Source of the DNA: the human T2T-CHM13v2.0 reference genome, Homo sapiens
Strand: one strand, 5' to 3'
DNA: 64,000 nucleotides
Assembly (NCBI RefSeq): GCF_009914755.1
Contig: NC_060925.1
Each line of letters starts with the position of its first letter. The stretch's first letter is position 1. The notes beneath the pieces were generated by a model. The model saw only the letters and a program-made list of their open reading frames with translations. It searched no databases and was not told the origin of the DNA. Both the position numbers and the translations under genes were made by a program. Of the stretch, positions 26,577 to 50,309 are shown one piece after another.

Positions 26577-28048
26577 TTACTGTGGGTTAACCAAAATCTG
26601 TAACACTCTCTTCCGTGGGGTAGGCAGCAGCTGAAATCCCTACTTAGTATCTTTAGTCTCAACTAACTATACTGGATTCTGGCTGCATATACATAGTTTA
26701 GGGGGTCAGTTACCTAGATAAGTGGCTTGAGTTTATATGCAAAATTTGCAGTTTCCCCTATTAGCATTTTATCCCTCACTTTCCTGCTGCTGTAGCTGTC
26801 CTGAAACATGGCCCTTAAATAATCAGTAAGATTCAAGGTTTCTAAGTGCTTACTTGTACTGCTAACTGGGACCTGGCCACAGATAAAAAGAGCTATACAA
26901 GCGGGAAATGCAACCAGTGTGCTTCTCCTCTTCTAATTATTGATTTTTCTTCAGTTTGTGCCTGCTTTTGGTTGCTCTCCAGTGACTTAGGATTACTATG
27001 TTTTAAATTTGTCCAGTTGATGCATTTTTTTCTTATTTATTTATTTATTTTTTTGAGAGTCTTGCTCTGTTGCCCAGGCTGGAGTATAGTAGCATGATCT
27101 CGGCTCTCTGCAACCTCTGCCTCCCAGGTTCAAGTGATTCTCGTGCCTCAGCCTCTTGAGGAGCTGGGACTACAGGCACACACCATTATGTCCAGCTAAT
27201 TTTTGTATTTTTAGTGCAGATGGGGTTTCACCATGTTGGCCAGGCTGGTCTTGAACTCCTGACCTCAGGTGATCCACCTGCCTCGGCCTCCCAAAGTGCT
27301 GGGATTACAGGTGGATAATTGTTATTCCCGGGAGGGTTAGCCTGATGTAATCTACTCTTTCAATACCAAAAGTAGAATTCCTCGTCTTTTTTTTTTTTTG
27401 AGATGGAGTCTCACTCTTGTCACCCATGCCGGAGTGCAATGGGGTGATCTTGAACTCCTGGATTCAAGGGATCCGCCCACCTCAGCCTCCCAAAGTGCTG
27501 GGATTACAAGTGTGAGCCACCGCGTCCAGCCTTGTTCTTATTTTCAAAGCCTATTTATCATTAGCAGATTTTAAATTTGCTGAGAGCCTGCTTCCGCTGC
27601 TATGATCTCACTAGTAAATACAAAAGACTCTTTCAAAAGAGCTTTGGCACTAATCCTAGAGAATAAGGAACTTACTCTTACCTTCATTAAGTAAGCACAC
27701 GTAAAGTTTATGTAGCTGAGAATTAAACCTTGTAACTTCATGTTGTAGTTAAATCTGTCTCCAGCCACCCAATACAGAATAATTCAAGCAAACTAATCTT
27801 TACTGAAGAACTTGTTTATGTCTGCTGATTAAAAAACTCTGCTGGTACTGAACTCTCTCAGGGAGAAAAGGAGATTAGTTAATCAGAATATAAACAAGAG
27901 CTCCACAGTCAAGAGAGTTAAGAGAATCATAGTTGAAGAAAACACTACAAGACATAGGATCAACATCAAGTATACAATTAAGGTGTTCCTGGTTTCATAC
28001 TATGTGTTTAATGAACCCCTTTAAAGCAATTTTGTTTAAACAAACTGA

Positions 28049-28324
<276 letters not shown>

Positions 28325-28404
28325 TGACCTCGTGATCCACCTGCCTAGGTCTCCCAAACTGCTGGGGTTACAGGTGTGAGCCACCGCACCCAGCCTTCTC
28401 CTTT

Positions 28405-29200
28405 TCTTTCATTTGTACGGCAAATATTTGATAAACTTCTATTATGTACCAGGTGCTGGGAAATCCAGGGAGAGTAAGAAAGACAATGATCCTGTACTGC
28501 CGGAGATTATAATCTAATGGAGGAGCCAAATAAATATTGTAATTATAGATATAGAGAGTGATGTTATCTAGAACAAAGAGAGACGAAGCCTCTTTTGATG
28601 AGACTATCAGGAAAATTATTTTAAAGAAAATAAATCGTATTGAAGCTGATACTAACATTAAGATCATCCTTAAAAGATGAGCAGAAACCAACCATGGGAA
28701 GACTGAAAAAGAGCTTTTCAGGCAATGGGAATAACAAGTATAATGACCCTCCAGTGGGAAAAAGCTTGCTATGTTCTAAAAACTGAAAGAAGGCCAGTAT
28801 GACACAATATAGTGAATAAGGTTGAGATGGGAATGAATAAAAGGAGAGAGATGGGGTAATCAGGAACCAGATCATTCAAGTCAAGAAGTTTGCATTTTAA
28901 TCTGATGGTAAGCCATGCAAAGCTTTTAAGTATGATCTGGGTTAAGTTAAAAAATAATTTCTGTTTTTACTGAATGGAGGCTGGGCCACATGGAAACACA
29001 ACTGGAAATAGATCTGTTAGATGGCTATTGCAGCAGCCTGAAGAAAAGATACTACTGTCACAGACTTGAGAGATAGCAATGAGATTTGGAGAGGAGTAGG
29101 ATATATTTCAGGGATAGAAACACAACAGAACTTGAGATGAACTGGATAAGGGACAGAAAAAAATGGGAGGAACTTAGAATGACTTCTTGGTACTTTTTAC
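28405..29200 (-). mobile_element. L2 fragment (3' end)
   Basis: ttcatt...caaatatttgata...tatgtaccaggtgctggg, a typical antisense L2 3' end. Confidence 0.75.
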
Positions 29201-30002
29201 TTATCTGATAAGCTCAATAATAGGGTCCTGGAAGGTACTACTATCCAAATGCTAAACAAAGTCTTGACATTTTTGCCAAGAATGAACAGTAGAATAAATA
29301 TCACTCCACTTTCAAGCAGATAAATACTCAGTAAAAGCAGTGGGGCTTCTTACTCTGATCATATGTGTGTATAAATCATCTATTTTTGAACGTGGAAAAT
29401 ATTTGACACTGAATGGCTACTACTTGGTTTTTCCTAGATGACATACCTATGGAAACAAAAGGTACAGACATAGTGTTATTTATTTAATTTTTTTTAGAGA
29501 CAGGATTTCTCTCTGTCAACTCAGGCTAGAGTGCAGTGGAAGGATCATGACTACACCATAGCCTCAAAATCCTAGGCTTGGGTGATCCTCTCACCTCAGC
29601 CTCCAGAGTGGCTGGGACTACAGACCTGTGCCACCACGTCCAGCTAATTTTCATATTTTTTGTAGAGACAGGGTGTCACCAAGTTGCCCAGGCCATCAAC
29701 TCCTGGGCTCAAGCAATCCACCTGCTTCAGCCTCCCAAAGTGCTAGGATTATAGGCATGAGCCACCATGCCTGGCCCAGTGTTATTTATTAAGGCTCCAA
29801 TGAACAAGATTTATGCCACTGTGACCCCCTGACTATCAAACAGTGTATAAAATTCTTCAGAGTAAGTTTAAGTAAAATGGTAAAGAAAGAGCTTGATCCC
29901 ACTGGAGAAATAGAAATAATAACAAGATTAAAAAGACATTTCCCTCAAACCCAGGAAATACTGTTTCTTCTCAGCAATACATTGTGTGGACTCGGTACTT
30001 AC

Positions 30003-30097
30003 CAACATGAATGGGCGCTGGAAATAATCCATATTCATGCTCTCCTGGAGTATACTCCAGCTTCTCTTTCTTTAATTGGATCAATCGACTCTTTGGG
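30003..30097 (-). CDS. ASH1L: ASH1L coding exon (~exon 7), 95 nt, [31 protein letters not shown]
   Basis: Acceptor tttatcacag|CCCA and donor GTTG|gtaagt. Length 1+31x3+1 nt, phase-compatible on both sides. Confidence 0.97.
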
Positions 30098-30828
30098 CTG
30101 TGATAAAAAAAGAATGGGAAACAGTCAAGAGGCAAAGAAATTTCCTCCTGTGGTCAAATACAGATAACAGATCATCCTATGAGGAGAGGGTACCAAGTAC
30201 ATTGATAAATTAAAAAAAAAAATCTTTACTTCTGAAACTGTCCTTAAGAAAGAGGCTCCTGGCTGGGCGTGGGGGTTCACGCCTGTAATCCCAATACTTT
30301 TGGAAGCTGAGGTGGAAGGACTGCCTGAGCCCAGGAATTTGAGACTGGCCTGGGTAACAAGTGAGACCCTGTCTCTACTTTTAAAAAAAAAGAAAGAAAA
30401 GAAAGATGCTCTTTTATTTTCTCCAACAGTTTTGGAGAAGGAACACAAATTTTAGATCGGATTATAATGACTGCCTTATATTTGGTTACTTTATATCAAT
30501 ACTGTGAAGTAGGTAAGAGGAAAGATGCTCTATAAGACTGAGTGACTTGCCTTGATTTTAGTAGTTGGGAAGGAGATTTAAGCTTCAAAACCTCAGTTTC
30601 TTGCTCAACATCTACTCACTATATTATTCTATATTATTCTCTTGCTTTTATTCCACCATGTCTCTCTGGGCTTGTGTCTTCTACTCACATTATTGGTTTG
30701 TTTCCTAAAGTTTAAAATGCGATCTCAAGAGATTTCATAAATATATAAAAGGGGGAAAAAAAGAAGGAAAACAAAAAAGGAAAATGAGAAAAAAGGGCCT
30801 TAGAAGAGTCTCATTTAAGATATTATGA

Positions 30829-31135
<307 letters not shown>

Positions 31136-31244
31136 TGAGCAACTGTGCCTGGCCTAAAGTTCCAGTGAATAAGACAAAGCTGATATATTTATTTCCTTTA
31201 ACGAAATTATAACATACTGACTTTTGGCCGGGCGCAGTGGCTCA

Positions 31245-31931
<687 letters not shown>

Positions 31932-32826
31932 TCAAGAGGCTGCAGCTGGAGAATCGCTTGACTCCGGGAGACGGAGGTTGCAGTGAGCCGAGATTGTGCC
32001 ATTGTACTACAGCCTAGACAACAAGAGCGAAACTCTGTCTCAGAAAAAAAAAAAAAAAGAAAGAAAGATTGCCATCATTATGAAGACAACCTTCATTTAT
32101 TTATTTTTTTCTTGAGACAGAGTCTCACTCTGTTGCCCAGGCTGGAGTGCAGTGGCATGATCTTGGTTCACTGCAACTCTGCCTCCCAGGTTCAAGTAAT
32201 TCTTGTGCCTCAGCCTCCCGAGTAGCTGGGATTACAGATGCCAACTACTGGGATTACACTATGCCTGGCTATTTTTTGTATTTTTAGTAGAGACAGGGTT
32301 TTATCACATTGGCCAGGCTGGTCTTGAACTCCTGACCTCAGGTGATCCACTTGCCTCAGCTCCCAAAGTCTTGGGATTACAGGCGTGAGCCACGGCACCT
32401 GGCCAGGTTATCTTAATAATTCATAAAACAGGTAATAAACATCATGTGCTTTAGGAAAATATTAAATGATTTTTAATTTATTTACTCTCATAATTTATTA
32501 TGATTAATATTTAAACAAGTATAAAATTATTTAGTACCAAATAACCAGAGGAAAAATAGGATCAAAATCATACTGACAGGGAAAGAAAAACTGTCTTGGA
32601 TTTAAAACAATGTTCCAGTAAAAACAATATATTTATAAAGACTGTTATGATCTGAGTCTATTAATATACATCTAGGACTATAACATAGATGTACTTAAAC
32701 ACAGCACAGCTCACTCAAACGCAGATATATGTAAAAGCACTTTATAAACAGCAAAGGAGAACACAAACATAACTTAATAGATGTAATAAATGTTGCTCAC
32801 AGAAACTGTTTTGGATAGAAATATAA

Positions 32827-33250
32827 AGTCATTTGTCATTTGATAGTGATACATTCTGACAAATGCTGTGTGAACATCATAGAATATACTTACACAAACC
32901 TAGATGGTATAGCTTATAGGTCCTAGGCTACAAACCTGTTTAGCATGTAACTGTACTGAATATTGCAGGCAGTTGTAACACAATGGTAAGTATTTGTGTA
33001 TCTAAACATTTCTAAACATAAGAAAGATAGAGTAAAAATACGGTTGTAAAAGATAAAAAGTGGTACACTTTATAGTATAGAGTACTTACCATGAATGGAC
33101 CTTGCAGGACTGGAAGTTGCTCTGGGTGAGTCAGTGAGTGTGTGGTGAATGAATGTGAAAGCCTAGGAAATTACTGTACATTGTACAAAAAAATGTACAA
33201 AAAAGCCAAAATGCTAGGAAAGCTATGACATCACTAGGTGATAGGAATTT
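32827..33250. mobile_element. Tigger3 (MER7) fragment
   Basis: acttacacaaacctagatggtatagc...ctgggtgagtcagtgagtg motifs. Confidence 0.8.
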
Positions 33251-35419
33251 TTATTTTTTTGCTTTTTTGAGACAGGGTCTCATTCTGTCTCCCAGGGTAG
33301 AGTGCAGTGGCGAGATCTCAGCTCACTGCAGCTGCAGCCTCAACCTCCCAGACTCAAGTGAACCTCTCGCCTCAGCCTCCTTGCCCTCCGAGTAGCTGGA
33401 ACTACAGGTGCATGCTACCACGAAGGGATGGGACATTTTATTTATTTATTTATTTTTGTAGACACGGTGTTTCACCATGTTGCCCAGGCTGGTCTTCAAC
33501 TCCTGGGCTCAAGCGACTTGCCTGCCCTGGCCTCCCAAAGTGCTAGGATTACCGGTGTGAGCCATTGTGCCCAGCCTACAAACTTTTCAGGATAAAATTT
33601 GGCACTTAATCCATTTTGAAATGTCTATCTTGGGTAGATATGAAATTGATGAACCAAAATAATTTCCTCATATTTGTTACCACATGAGAGGGCAGATGCA
33701 TTTAAATCTCTTTAAGGAGATTTTAAGTCATAGATATTTTAGTAATTATATGTAGAAAATGCTGCTGGGTTCTACAAGGCATCCAAGTTGAACAAAGGGT
33801 GGCCCTGGCCATAAGAAGTTTACAATTTGGTGGGACAACAAGTATGTATGTAGATATCTAGATTATCTATCAGAATGTGATAAAACTTTGAGGCCGGGAG
33901 CAGTGGCTCACATATGTAATCCAAGCATGTAATCCAAGCACTTTGGGAAGTAGGGGCGGGCAGATTACCTGAGGTCGGGAGTTCAAGACCAGACTGGCTA
34001 ACATGGCTAAACCTTATCTCTACTAAAAATACAAAAATTAGCTAAGCGTGGTGGCACCTGTAATTTCAGCTACTTGGGAGGCTGAGGCATGAGAACTGCT
34101 TGAACACAGGAGACAGAGGTTGCAGTGAGCTGAGATGGCACCACCGCACTCCAGTCTGGGTGATAAAGTGAGGCTGTCCCACCCCAACCCCCACCCCCCA
34201 AAAAAAACAGAATGTGATAAAACTCATAACACTACTTACTAGGAGGAGATACTAAGTTCTACAAAAGGAGAAAGAAAAGTAATTGTAATTAGGAAAGAAT
34301 TAAGAAAACTTATTTGAAAAGATAAATGGGATTTTGACAAGGAAAGGTGAAGTAGGGAAGGTAGTTCATACTACACAGAGCAGACATCTAGGATAAACCC
34401 CAGGAGAAAAGTGTAGGATGGAGGAAGTAAGGAAAATGATCAGATGTGGCTAAAGGAACAAGTATTTGAGGACTATGACTGGACAAATAACTAGAAAAAT
34501 AGGTTACACAAGATAAGGGTGGGACTTAAATATTATGCAACAGTTCTGCAGGAAGTAACAAGATTTCAAAGGAATCTGGGTAGGGAATAACGACCCCAAT
34601 GAGGACATATGCTGGGCGTGGTGGCTCACGCCTGTAATCCCAACAGTTTGGGAGGCTGAGGCGGGCAAATCACGAGGTCAGGAGATTGAGACCATCCTGG
34701 CTAACACGGTGAAACCCCGTCTCTACTAAAATTATAAAAAATTAGCCAGGCATGTAGTCCCAGCTACCTGGGAGGCTGAGAAGGAGAATCGCTTGAATCT
34801 AGGAGGCAGAGGTTGTAGTGAGCCGAGATCGCATCACTGCAATCCAGCCTGGGTGATAGAGCGAGACTGTCTCAAAAAAAAAAAAAAGAGGACATATTAC
34901 TTCTAAAGAGGAAGAGTCTTAGAGGAGTAATTTGTCCAAGGTCACAATATAGTGATTGTGGAGTAAGACATTAAATAATATTTTGAATGCCTACTTCATG
35001 TATGGAAAGCATTCTGACATTGATAACTGAGTAACAGGTACTATTTATCATTGCCATTTTAAAGCTGAGGACACTGAGGATCAAGGGTTGCCCAAATCAA
35101 TAACTTGCCCAAATTCATATAACTAGTAACTGACGAAGCTAGGATCTGATAAATTCTATAACCACAAATGACAATTCTATTCTATATTCCACTGGCAGTT
35201 AAACTTTTCTGAAAATACTGTTTTCATAAATTACCTTCCTAAAGATGTTAACATTTCTCTCAAAACAATCTATCCACCAAAGTACAGTCTACTTTCTGGA
35301 ACAGATTTATTTTGCTAATTTTACTAAATTTAGATAAACATAAATTTACATACTTCAGCATAATCACCTATTTACAGGGAGAGACGGTCCAGACCCAGAC
35401 AAAAGATAAATTAAGATCA

Positions 35420-36715
<1,296 letters not shown>

Positions 36716-37559
36716 ACATCATATCAGGGTTAAAATACTTCTGAACATCATCTACAGACAACAGGAAAACAGACTCCCTTAATGTTCTTTCATAAACAAT
36801 ATGGCAACTTTTGCCCTGGGGATATGAATTTGAAGAAGGGGGAGGCATCATTTTTTCATAATGTCACCTTTCCCTAACCTTGCTCCAATCCAGACCATTT
36901 TACTGCACAACTTAAAATCCTCAAGGAATACGGCACTTTTAGATAAAAAGGTAAAATTATATTTCAGATTACTATATAAACTTTATGCTAAAAAGTACAG
37001 AATGTAAAAAATGGACATGTTATTCTAGAGCTAATCTTTTAAATAAAAAAAAGGAATTAATCAAATGGTCCAGACAAGTTATCCATGTTTTACTGCTTTG
37101 TTTTGTTTTTAAAGACAGGGCCTTGTTCTGCCACCCAGGTTGTACAGTGGTGCAATCATAATTCAATGCAGCCTTGAACTCCTAAGGCTCAAGCAATCCC
37201 ACCATCCCAGTCTACTGAGTAACTAGGACTACAGGTCTGTGTGCCACTATGCCTGGATAATTATTTAAAAACTTTTTGTAGAGATGGGGTCCTCACCATG
37301 ATGTCTAGGCTGGTCTCAAACTCCTGGCCTCAAGCAATCCTCCTACCTTGGCCTCCCGAAGTACTGGGATTACAAGTATGAGCCACCACACCCAGCCAAG
37401 TTATACTTTTTTTTTTTTTTTTTTTCAGCATAAAAAGACATTGAAGGCCGGGTATGGTTGCCTGTAATCCCAGCACTTTGGGAAGCTGAGGTGGGTGGAT
37501 CACCTAAGGTCAGGAGTTCAAGACCAGCCTGGCCAACATGGTGAAACCCGTCTCTACTA

Positions 37560-37727
<168 letters not shown>

Positions 37728-38436
37728 TCAAAAAAAAAAAAGAGCTGGTGGTGGTGCAAATGCCTCTAATCCCAGCCTTTTGGAGGTTGCAGCTGAAGGA
37801 TCATTGTGGAAGGATCCCAGGAGTTTCAGACCAGCCTAGGCAATGGAGTGAAACTCCTGTTTCAAAAAAAACCAAAAAAACCCACAAAAGATATGTCAGT
37901 ACTGTAGAAGCTAAGTAAAGTAGGGAAAAGTACAAACAACTCTGCAGCCAATTATTGCCAGAACTCAAATGTTAACTATGCTATTGACTAACTGTAAAAC
38001 TCTAGACAAATTACTTAAGTTTCTCTAATTCTCTAAGCCTTAGCTTCTTCAATAATATTAATAATACCTGTTCTCTCACAAGGTTCTTGAATAAATTTAT
38101 AAGATAACATATATAAACTCATTAGCACAGTAACTGGCACATAATAGGTATGCAAGAAGTATTAACTTTCTTTTTACTTCTTCAGTATTAGCCCAGACTA
38201 ATATACCTGAAAAAATTCCAAATATATTAGGGAACTAGATGCAAAAATTGAATCCAAGCAATTACCAGAAGAAAACAAAAGTAAATTTCTTACTTGCTTA
38301 AAATTTGTGTGTGGGAGAGCTTTTCTAATGACTTGAAATACAGAAGCTTTTTTTGGAGGGCGGCGATCTATTCTGCAGAAGCTGTATCCCCTCTTTCACT
38401 TCCTGCTGCAGCCAATAAAGGCCGTTCCTACCATTA

Positions 38437-38598
<162 letters not shown>

Positions 38599-39094
38599 TC
38601 AAAAAAAAAAAAAAAAAGGAAGCAACCTGGGCACGGTGGCTCACACCTACAATCCTAGCACTTTGGGAGGCCAAAGAGGGACTTGACTCAAGAGTTCAAG
38701 ACCAGCCTGGGCAACATAGAGAGACCCTGTCTCTGAAAAAATAAAAAAATTAGTCCAGTGTGGTGGCATGTACCTGTAGTCCCAGCTACTGGAGGAGGCT
38801 GAGGTAAGATGAACGCTTGAGTCTAGGAGGTGGAGACTGTAGTGAGCTGGTATTATGCCACTGTACTCTAGTCTGGATGAGAGGTAGACTCTGTCTTTAA
38901 AAAAGAAAAAAATCCAGAAGCAATTTAAAAATAAAGGCCAGATATAGTGGCTAACCCCTGTAATCCCAACACTTTGGAAGGACAAGGCAGGAGGATCACT
39001 TGAGGCCAGGAGCTCAAGACCAGCTCAGGCAACATGGCAAGACCTCATTGTCTCTACAAAAAATAAAAAAATTAGCTAGATGTGGTGACGATGT

Positions 39095-42560
<3,466 letters not shown>

Positions 42561-42569
42561 CAATAAAGG

Positions 42570-42867
42570 CTTAGGATTGCTCTCAGTCCAGAGTCTTAAA
42601 GAAGCAGACTGTCTTTGTTGAAGACTTGAAGAAGCAAGCCACCAACCATGAGTTACACAACTGCAAAGAAATGAGTTTTACCTACATCCATGTGAGTCTG
42701 GAATACAGCCCCAGCCTCGGATGGTACCTTGATTCTGGCTTATGAAACTCAGAACAGAGGATCCAACTAAGCCAAGACTAAACTGGAATCTGTGAGATAA
42801 TAAATGGATGATATTTAAGCTGCTAAATTTGTGATAATTTCTTCAACAGCAATATAAAATTTATACA
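42570..42867 (+). mobile_element. MLT1-type MaLR LTR fragment
   Basis: ctgtgagataataaatgg...tttaagctgctaaatttgtgataatt...cagcaata 3' signature. Confidence 0.7.
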
Positions 42868-43536
42868 CTTGTGTGTACGCACATTTTTTTCATTCCATGG
42901 TACTGAAAGGGGCTAGAAGCATGGCATCATAGCAGTAACAAATACCCTAGTAGAAAAAGCACATGAAAAATTCAGATTTTGACTTCTAAATAATAATCCT
43001 CACTAAAAGAAACCAAAGCTCCTTGAGGGAAATAGTTGATTCCAGATACAGGCCAAAGAAAGAACAAGTCTGATAAACAACAGCAGAAAAGTAAACCAAA
43101 ACAAAAAACTAAATCCTCACTACTCCGAACAGCAGAAAGCAGGGAAGTGCTCAAAGATAAGTAATCTGAAGACATGTATAAAGGAAACAGGGGCCAGTTT
43201 AAAGGGGCTCCTGTGGTAAAATCAGGGAATTTTGAGCAGTTTCCTATAAAATGCTAATAGATTATAATATAGTCAATTTTATGCCAAGCATGATAGCTTA
43301 TGCCTCCTAGCACTTTGGGAGGCTGAGGCAGAAGGACTTCTTGAGCCCAGGAGTTAGAGTCAAGCCTGGGCAACATAGGGAGACCCTGTCTCTGGAGAAA
43401 AACAAACAAAACCACCCAAACAAAAAAAATTCATGAGTCTATAAGGTATTCAAAAAAACAAAACAAAACAAAACAAACAGAGAGTTTACGGAGAAAAAAA
43501 AAGAGAAGCTCATCTTCACCAGAAAATGTCAGCTAA

Positions 43537-43788
<252 letters not shown>

Positions 43789-44629
43789 TGAACTCCTGAC
43801 CTCAGGTGATCTGCCTCCTACAGTTCTCGGATTACAGGGATGAGCAACCACACCCAGCAAAAATTGTCATTTTTCAACCATCAATGTAATTATTAAACTT
43901 AGGGAAAAAACATTAATGGATGATTAAATGTTAGATTAAAAAAGACTGATAGAGAACAAGCCATAGCCTTAAATATCAACCCATGGTTTATGTACCAATT
44001 ACAATGGGAAAAAATGTAGTATCTTTGCAATGAAAAGACTTGGTGGATACCACCTTCACTAAGTAATCAAAAATGGCACCATCAATGCTGGGACAATAAG
44101 TGGGATGCAAAAAGAAGTATAAAGTATCACATATGCAATATTCCTGCCATGATTTTTAAATTTTATTAAGTTTTATTTATTTTTATTTTTGTAGAGACTG
44201 GATCTCACTATGTTGCCCAGGCTGGTCTTGAACTCCAGGCCTCAAGTGATCCTCCAGCCTCAGCCTCCCAAAATGTTGAGATTACAGGCATAAGCCATCT
44301 TTCCCAGGCCTCTGCCAAGATTTTTTTAAACCTAAATTTAATCATGAAGATAGGATCAAAGAAATCCAAAATGAAGGGCATTCTAAAAGACAACAAAAGC
44401 CTGAGTTCTTAAAAAATGGTCGATCTTGGCCAGGCGTGGTGGCTCAGACCTGTAATCCCAGCACTTTGGGAAGCTGGGGCGGGCAGATCACTTGAGGTCA
44501 GGAGTTTGAGACCAGCCTGGCCAATATGTGAAACCCCGTCTCTGCTAAAAATACAAAAATTAGCCAGGCGTGGTGGTGGGCACCTGTAATCTCAGCTACT
44601 CGGGAGGCTGAGGCAGGAGAATTGCTTGA

Positions 44630-45142
<513 letters not shown>

Positions 45143-46078
45143 TAAAGTGCTGGGATTACAGGCGTGAGCAATCGCACCTGGCCTTTATTTTTATTCTGTT
45201 GTATGATATTACAACAGTAGATACATGTCAGTATACATTTGTCGAAACCCATAGAATGTATATCACCAAGAATGATATACAGGATTACAGGCCTGAGCCA
45301 CTGCGTCTGGCCTGAATTCTTAAATTTTTAGTAGAGACAAGGTCTTGCTATGTTGCCCAGGTTGGTCTTGAACTCCTGGGCTCAAGCAATCCTCCAGCTC
45401 CAGCGGCCTAAAGTGCTGGGATTACAGGCGTGAGCAATCGCACCTGGCCCCTTTATTTTTATTCTATTGTATGATATTACAATAGTAGATACATGTCAGT
45501 ATACATTTGTCAAAACCCATAGAATGTATTTCACCAAGAGTGAACCCTAAAGTAACTACGGACTTTGGGTAATAATGGTATATCAATGTAGGTACATGGA
45601 TCATAACACATGTATCACAATGGTGTGGTGTAACAGTGGGCAGGTTGTGTGTATGAAGAACAGGGTGTATATGAAAACTCTGTACTTTCCACTCAATTTT
45701 GCTGTGAAACTGAAACTGCTCTAAACATAAGTTTATTAATGAAACTGCTAACAACAAAATAGCCAGCCCACAATAATATCCTGGCTTCACATCTTTCAAG
45801 AATGCATACATGTACTAAACTGATCAATGTTCTTAAAAATGCTTAAAGAATAAACCATTTTCTTCCTACTTATTTTTGGGAGAGGAAGAGCTAGTTCTAA
45901 CATACATAAAGTGATATTTCAGTCCATTTTCAGGTCAAATCTTTTGTATGACCAGAGACACTTACAAATCACTGATACGGTTGTATAATTTGATGTGAAA
46001 TCAAATTACATCAAAAGATCAGAATCTTCCATTTTTAAATCTTTAATCAAGAAAAAGCACAAAAGTAAAAAACAGAAG

Positions 46079-47593
<1,515 letters not shown>

Positions 47594-47970
47594 AAGAAAT
47601 AAAACTTGAATTTTATTTAGCAGAAAAGTTGATAATTATATTTCTGCTCTATTTAGCAGACTCTGTTCCAAAATTATGACTGAATTAGATGTGTCCCAAA
47701 GTGTATTTCTACTTTCTCATTTCTACTGACAGAATGTTGATTTTTTTTTTCCTTAACAGCTATTAACACCTAGAGTAATGACCATTATTTCCGCAACCTG
47801 TCTTATGGCTAAAGTGTGGCTATGCAATTTAAATTCTAGCCAATTTATATAAATGCGGGTTTGAAATTTTCTTACAAAGAAGGAGCATGGGCCAGGCATG
47901 GTGGCTCACGCCTGTAATCCTAGCACTCTGGGAGGCAGAGGAGGGCGGATCACCTGAGGTCAGGAATTCA

Positions 47971-48271
<301 letters not shown>

Positions 48272-48744
48272 CTATCTTGGAACATGAGGGAATCTTAGGA
48301 ATGCATAATTAGTGCTGAGATAGAAGGGAGAAAAAGGAGCCTAGGTCCCTGAAGACATTGTGAAGGTACCATTATGAACTTTGAACTACATACTTCACAA
48401 CTTCTCTTAAATTAAAAAAAATAGTTAAGTGCCTATCTTTTTAAAGTCTTGGTTATTTGAGATGATTTATTATTATAATTAGCTAAACTTAAGCTTCATT
48501 AGTAAAATGTTTTCATGACCTAAGAAGCACGTTCAGAGTATAAAAATTTTGTGATATCTACCTCAGTGACAAATCAATAAAAATCTTTTAAATGCAAAAT
48601 AAAGTGGTATGGTTTACATGTCAATTACTTTAACACCACCAAACGAGATGTACCTCTAAAATCTAAGGTTTCCTCTTTCAATCTTATTCTTCTCTTTGTC
48701 TAAATTCAGATATTCATGACTTTTTGACAGAAACTGTGAGGTGA

Positions 48745-49238
<494 letters not shown>

Positions 49239-49570
49239 TAATGCTTATTTACCACAGGGCCACTACATTTCAGAAGCCCTAAACTTTCAAGTTGTTTTGA
49301 TATATGAAAAATCTTTGTATCCTTTTTACATGCTGTTCTGACTGGAATATCCTTCTCCATCTGGTAAACTACTACCACACCTCTAAATCCTAACTCAACC
49401 AGAAAATATTTCTTAATTGATGATAATTTGCTATCCCTTTGATGCTTTAAAAATTCTCAATTAGAGTGCTTATTAAATTGTACTCTGCCAAGATAATACA
49501 AAGTTCTTAAAAGCAAGGCAAATATTTTATTCATCTGACAAAGCTCATGGAACACAGCGTCCAATCAGTG

Positions 49571-49611
49571 AAAAATGAAGTCACCAATATAAAAAATGAA
49601 GTCACCAATAT
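49571..49611. repeat. 21-bp tandem duplication aaaaatgaagtcaccaatat(a) x2
   Basis: Read directly from the sequence. Confidence 0.9.
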
Positions 49612-49761
49612 CATTTTAGTTACACAGAGCCATTTATTGCTTAAGTTAATAAGAAAAGCATCATTAGGGCCAGGCACGGTGGTTCACGCCTGTAATCCCA
49701 GCACTTTGGGAGGCCGAGGCAGGTGGATCACGAGGTCAGGAGATCTAGACCATCCTGGCTA

Positions 49762-50001
<240 letters not shown>

Positions 50002-50123
50002 CTAGAAAGGCAGAGAGAAGATAACCATCAGAAAGACAATTAGTCTCATACAACATAAGACAGTACAGTAGTACAGTGAACACTGGTATTTGTGCATATT
50101 ACTTTTGTACTGATTTCCCCCCA

Positions 50124-50228
50124 CATCAGAAAGGGTAATGTATTGACCTTGACACAAAGTTTGAGGGAGGCGTACCTCATACATGAGTGCAAAAACACAA
50201 TCATCACGCTTATGAAACACAAAAGAAT
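50124..50228 (-). pseudogene. U13 (SNORD13-like) C/D snoRNA copy
   Basis: Minus strand ATTCTTTTGTGTTTCATAAGCGTGATGATTGTG...CATTACCCTTTCTGA resembles U13. Box C GTGATGA at 50201-50207 and box D CTGA at 50126-50129. Confidence 0.85.
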
Positions 50229-50309
50229 CTATATTGTTTTTTGATAGTCAAAGTATTTTTCCAAATGTGGAAGAAAAAGGGATGTTAGCTAATAGGTACT
50301 ACTACTTAC

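Noticed and set aside
29985-30002. Read-through of the exon-7 donor gives G-K-Y, the same three residues that start the next exon
   Set aside because: Largely forced by the GTAAGT consensus; most likely coincidence.
33914-33939. Small tandem duplications (atgtaatccaagc x2; also near 30620 and 55465)
   Set aside because: Ordinary slippage events with no array structure.
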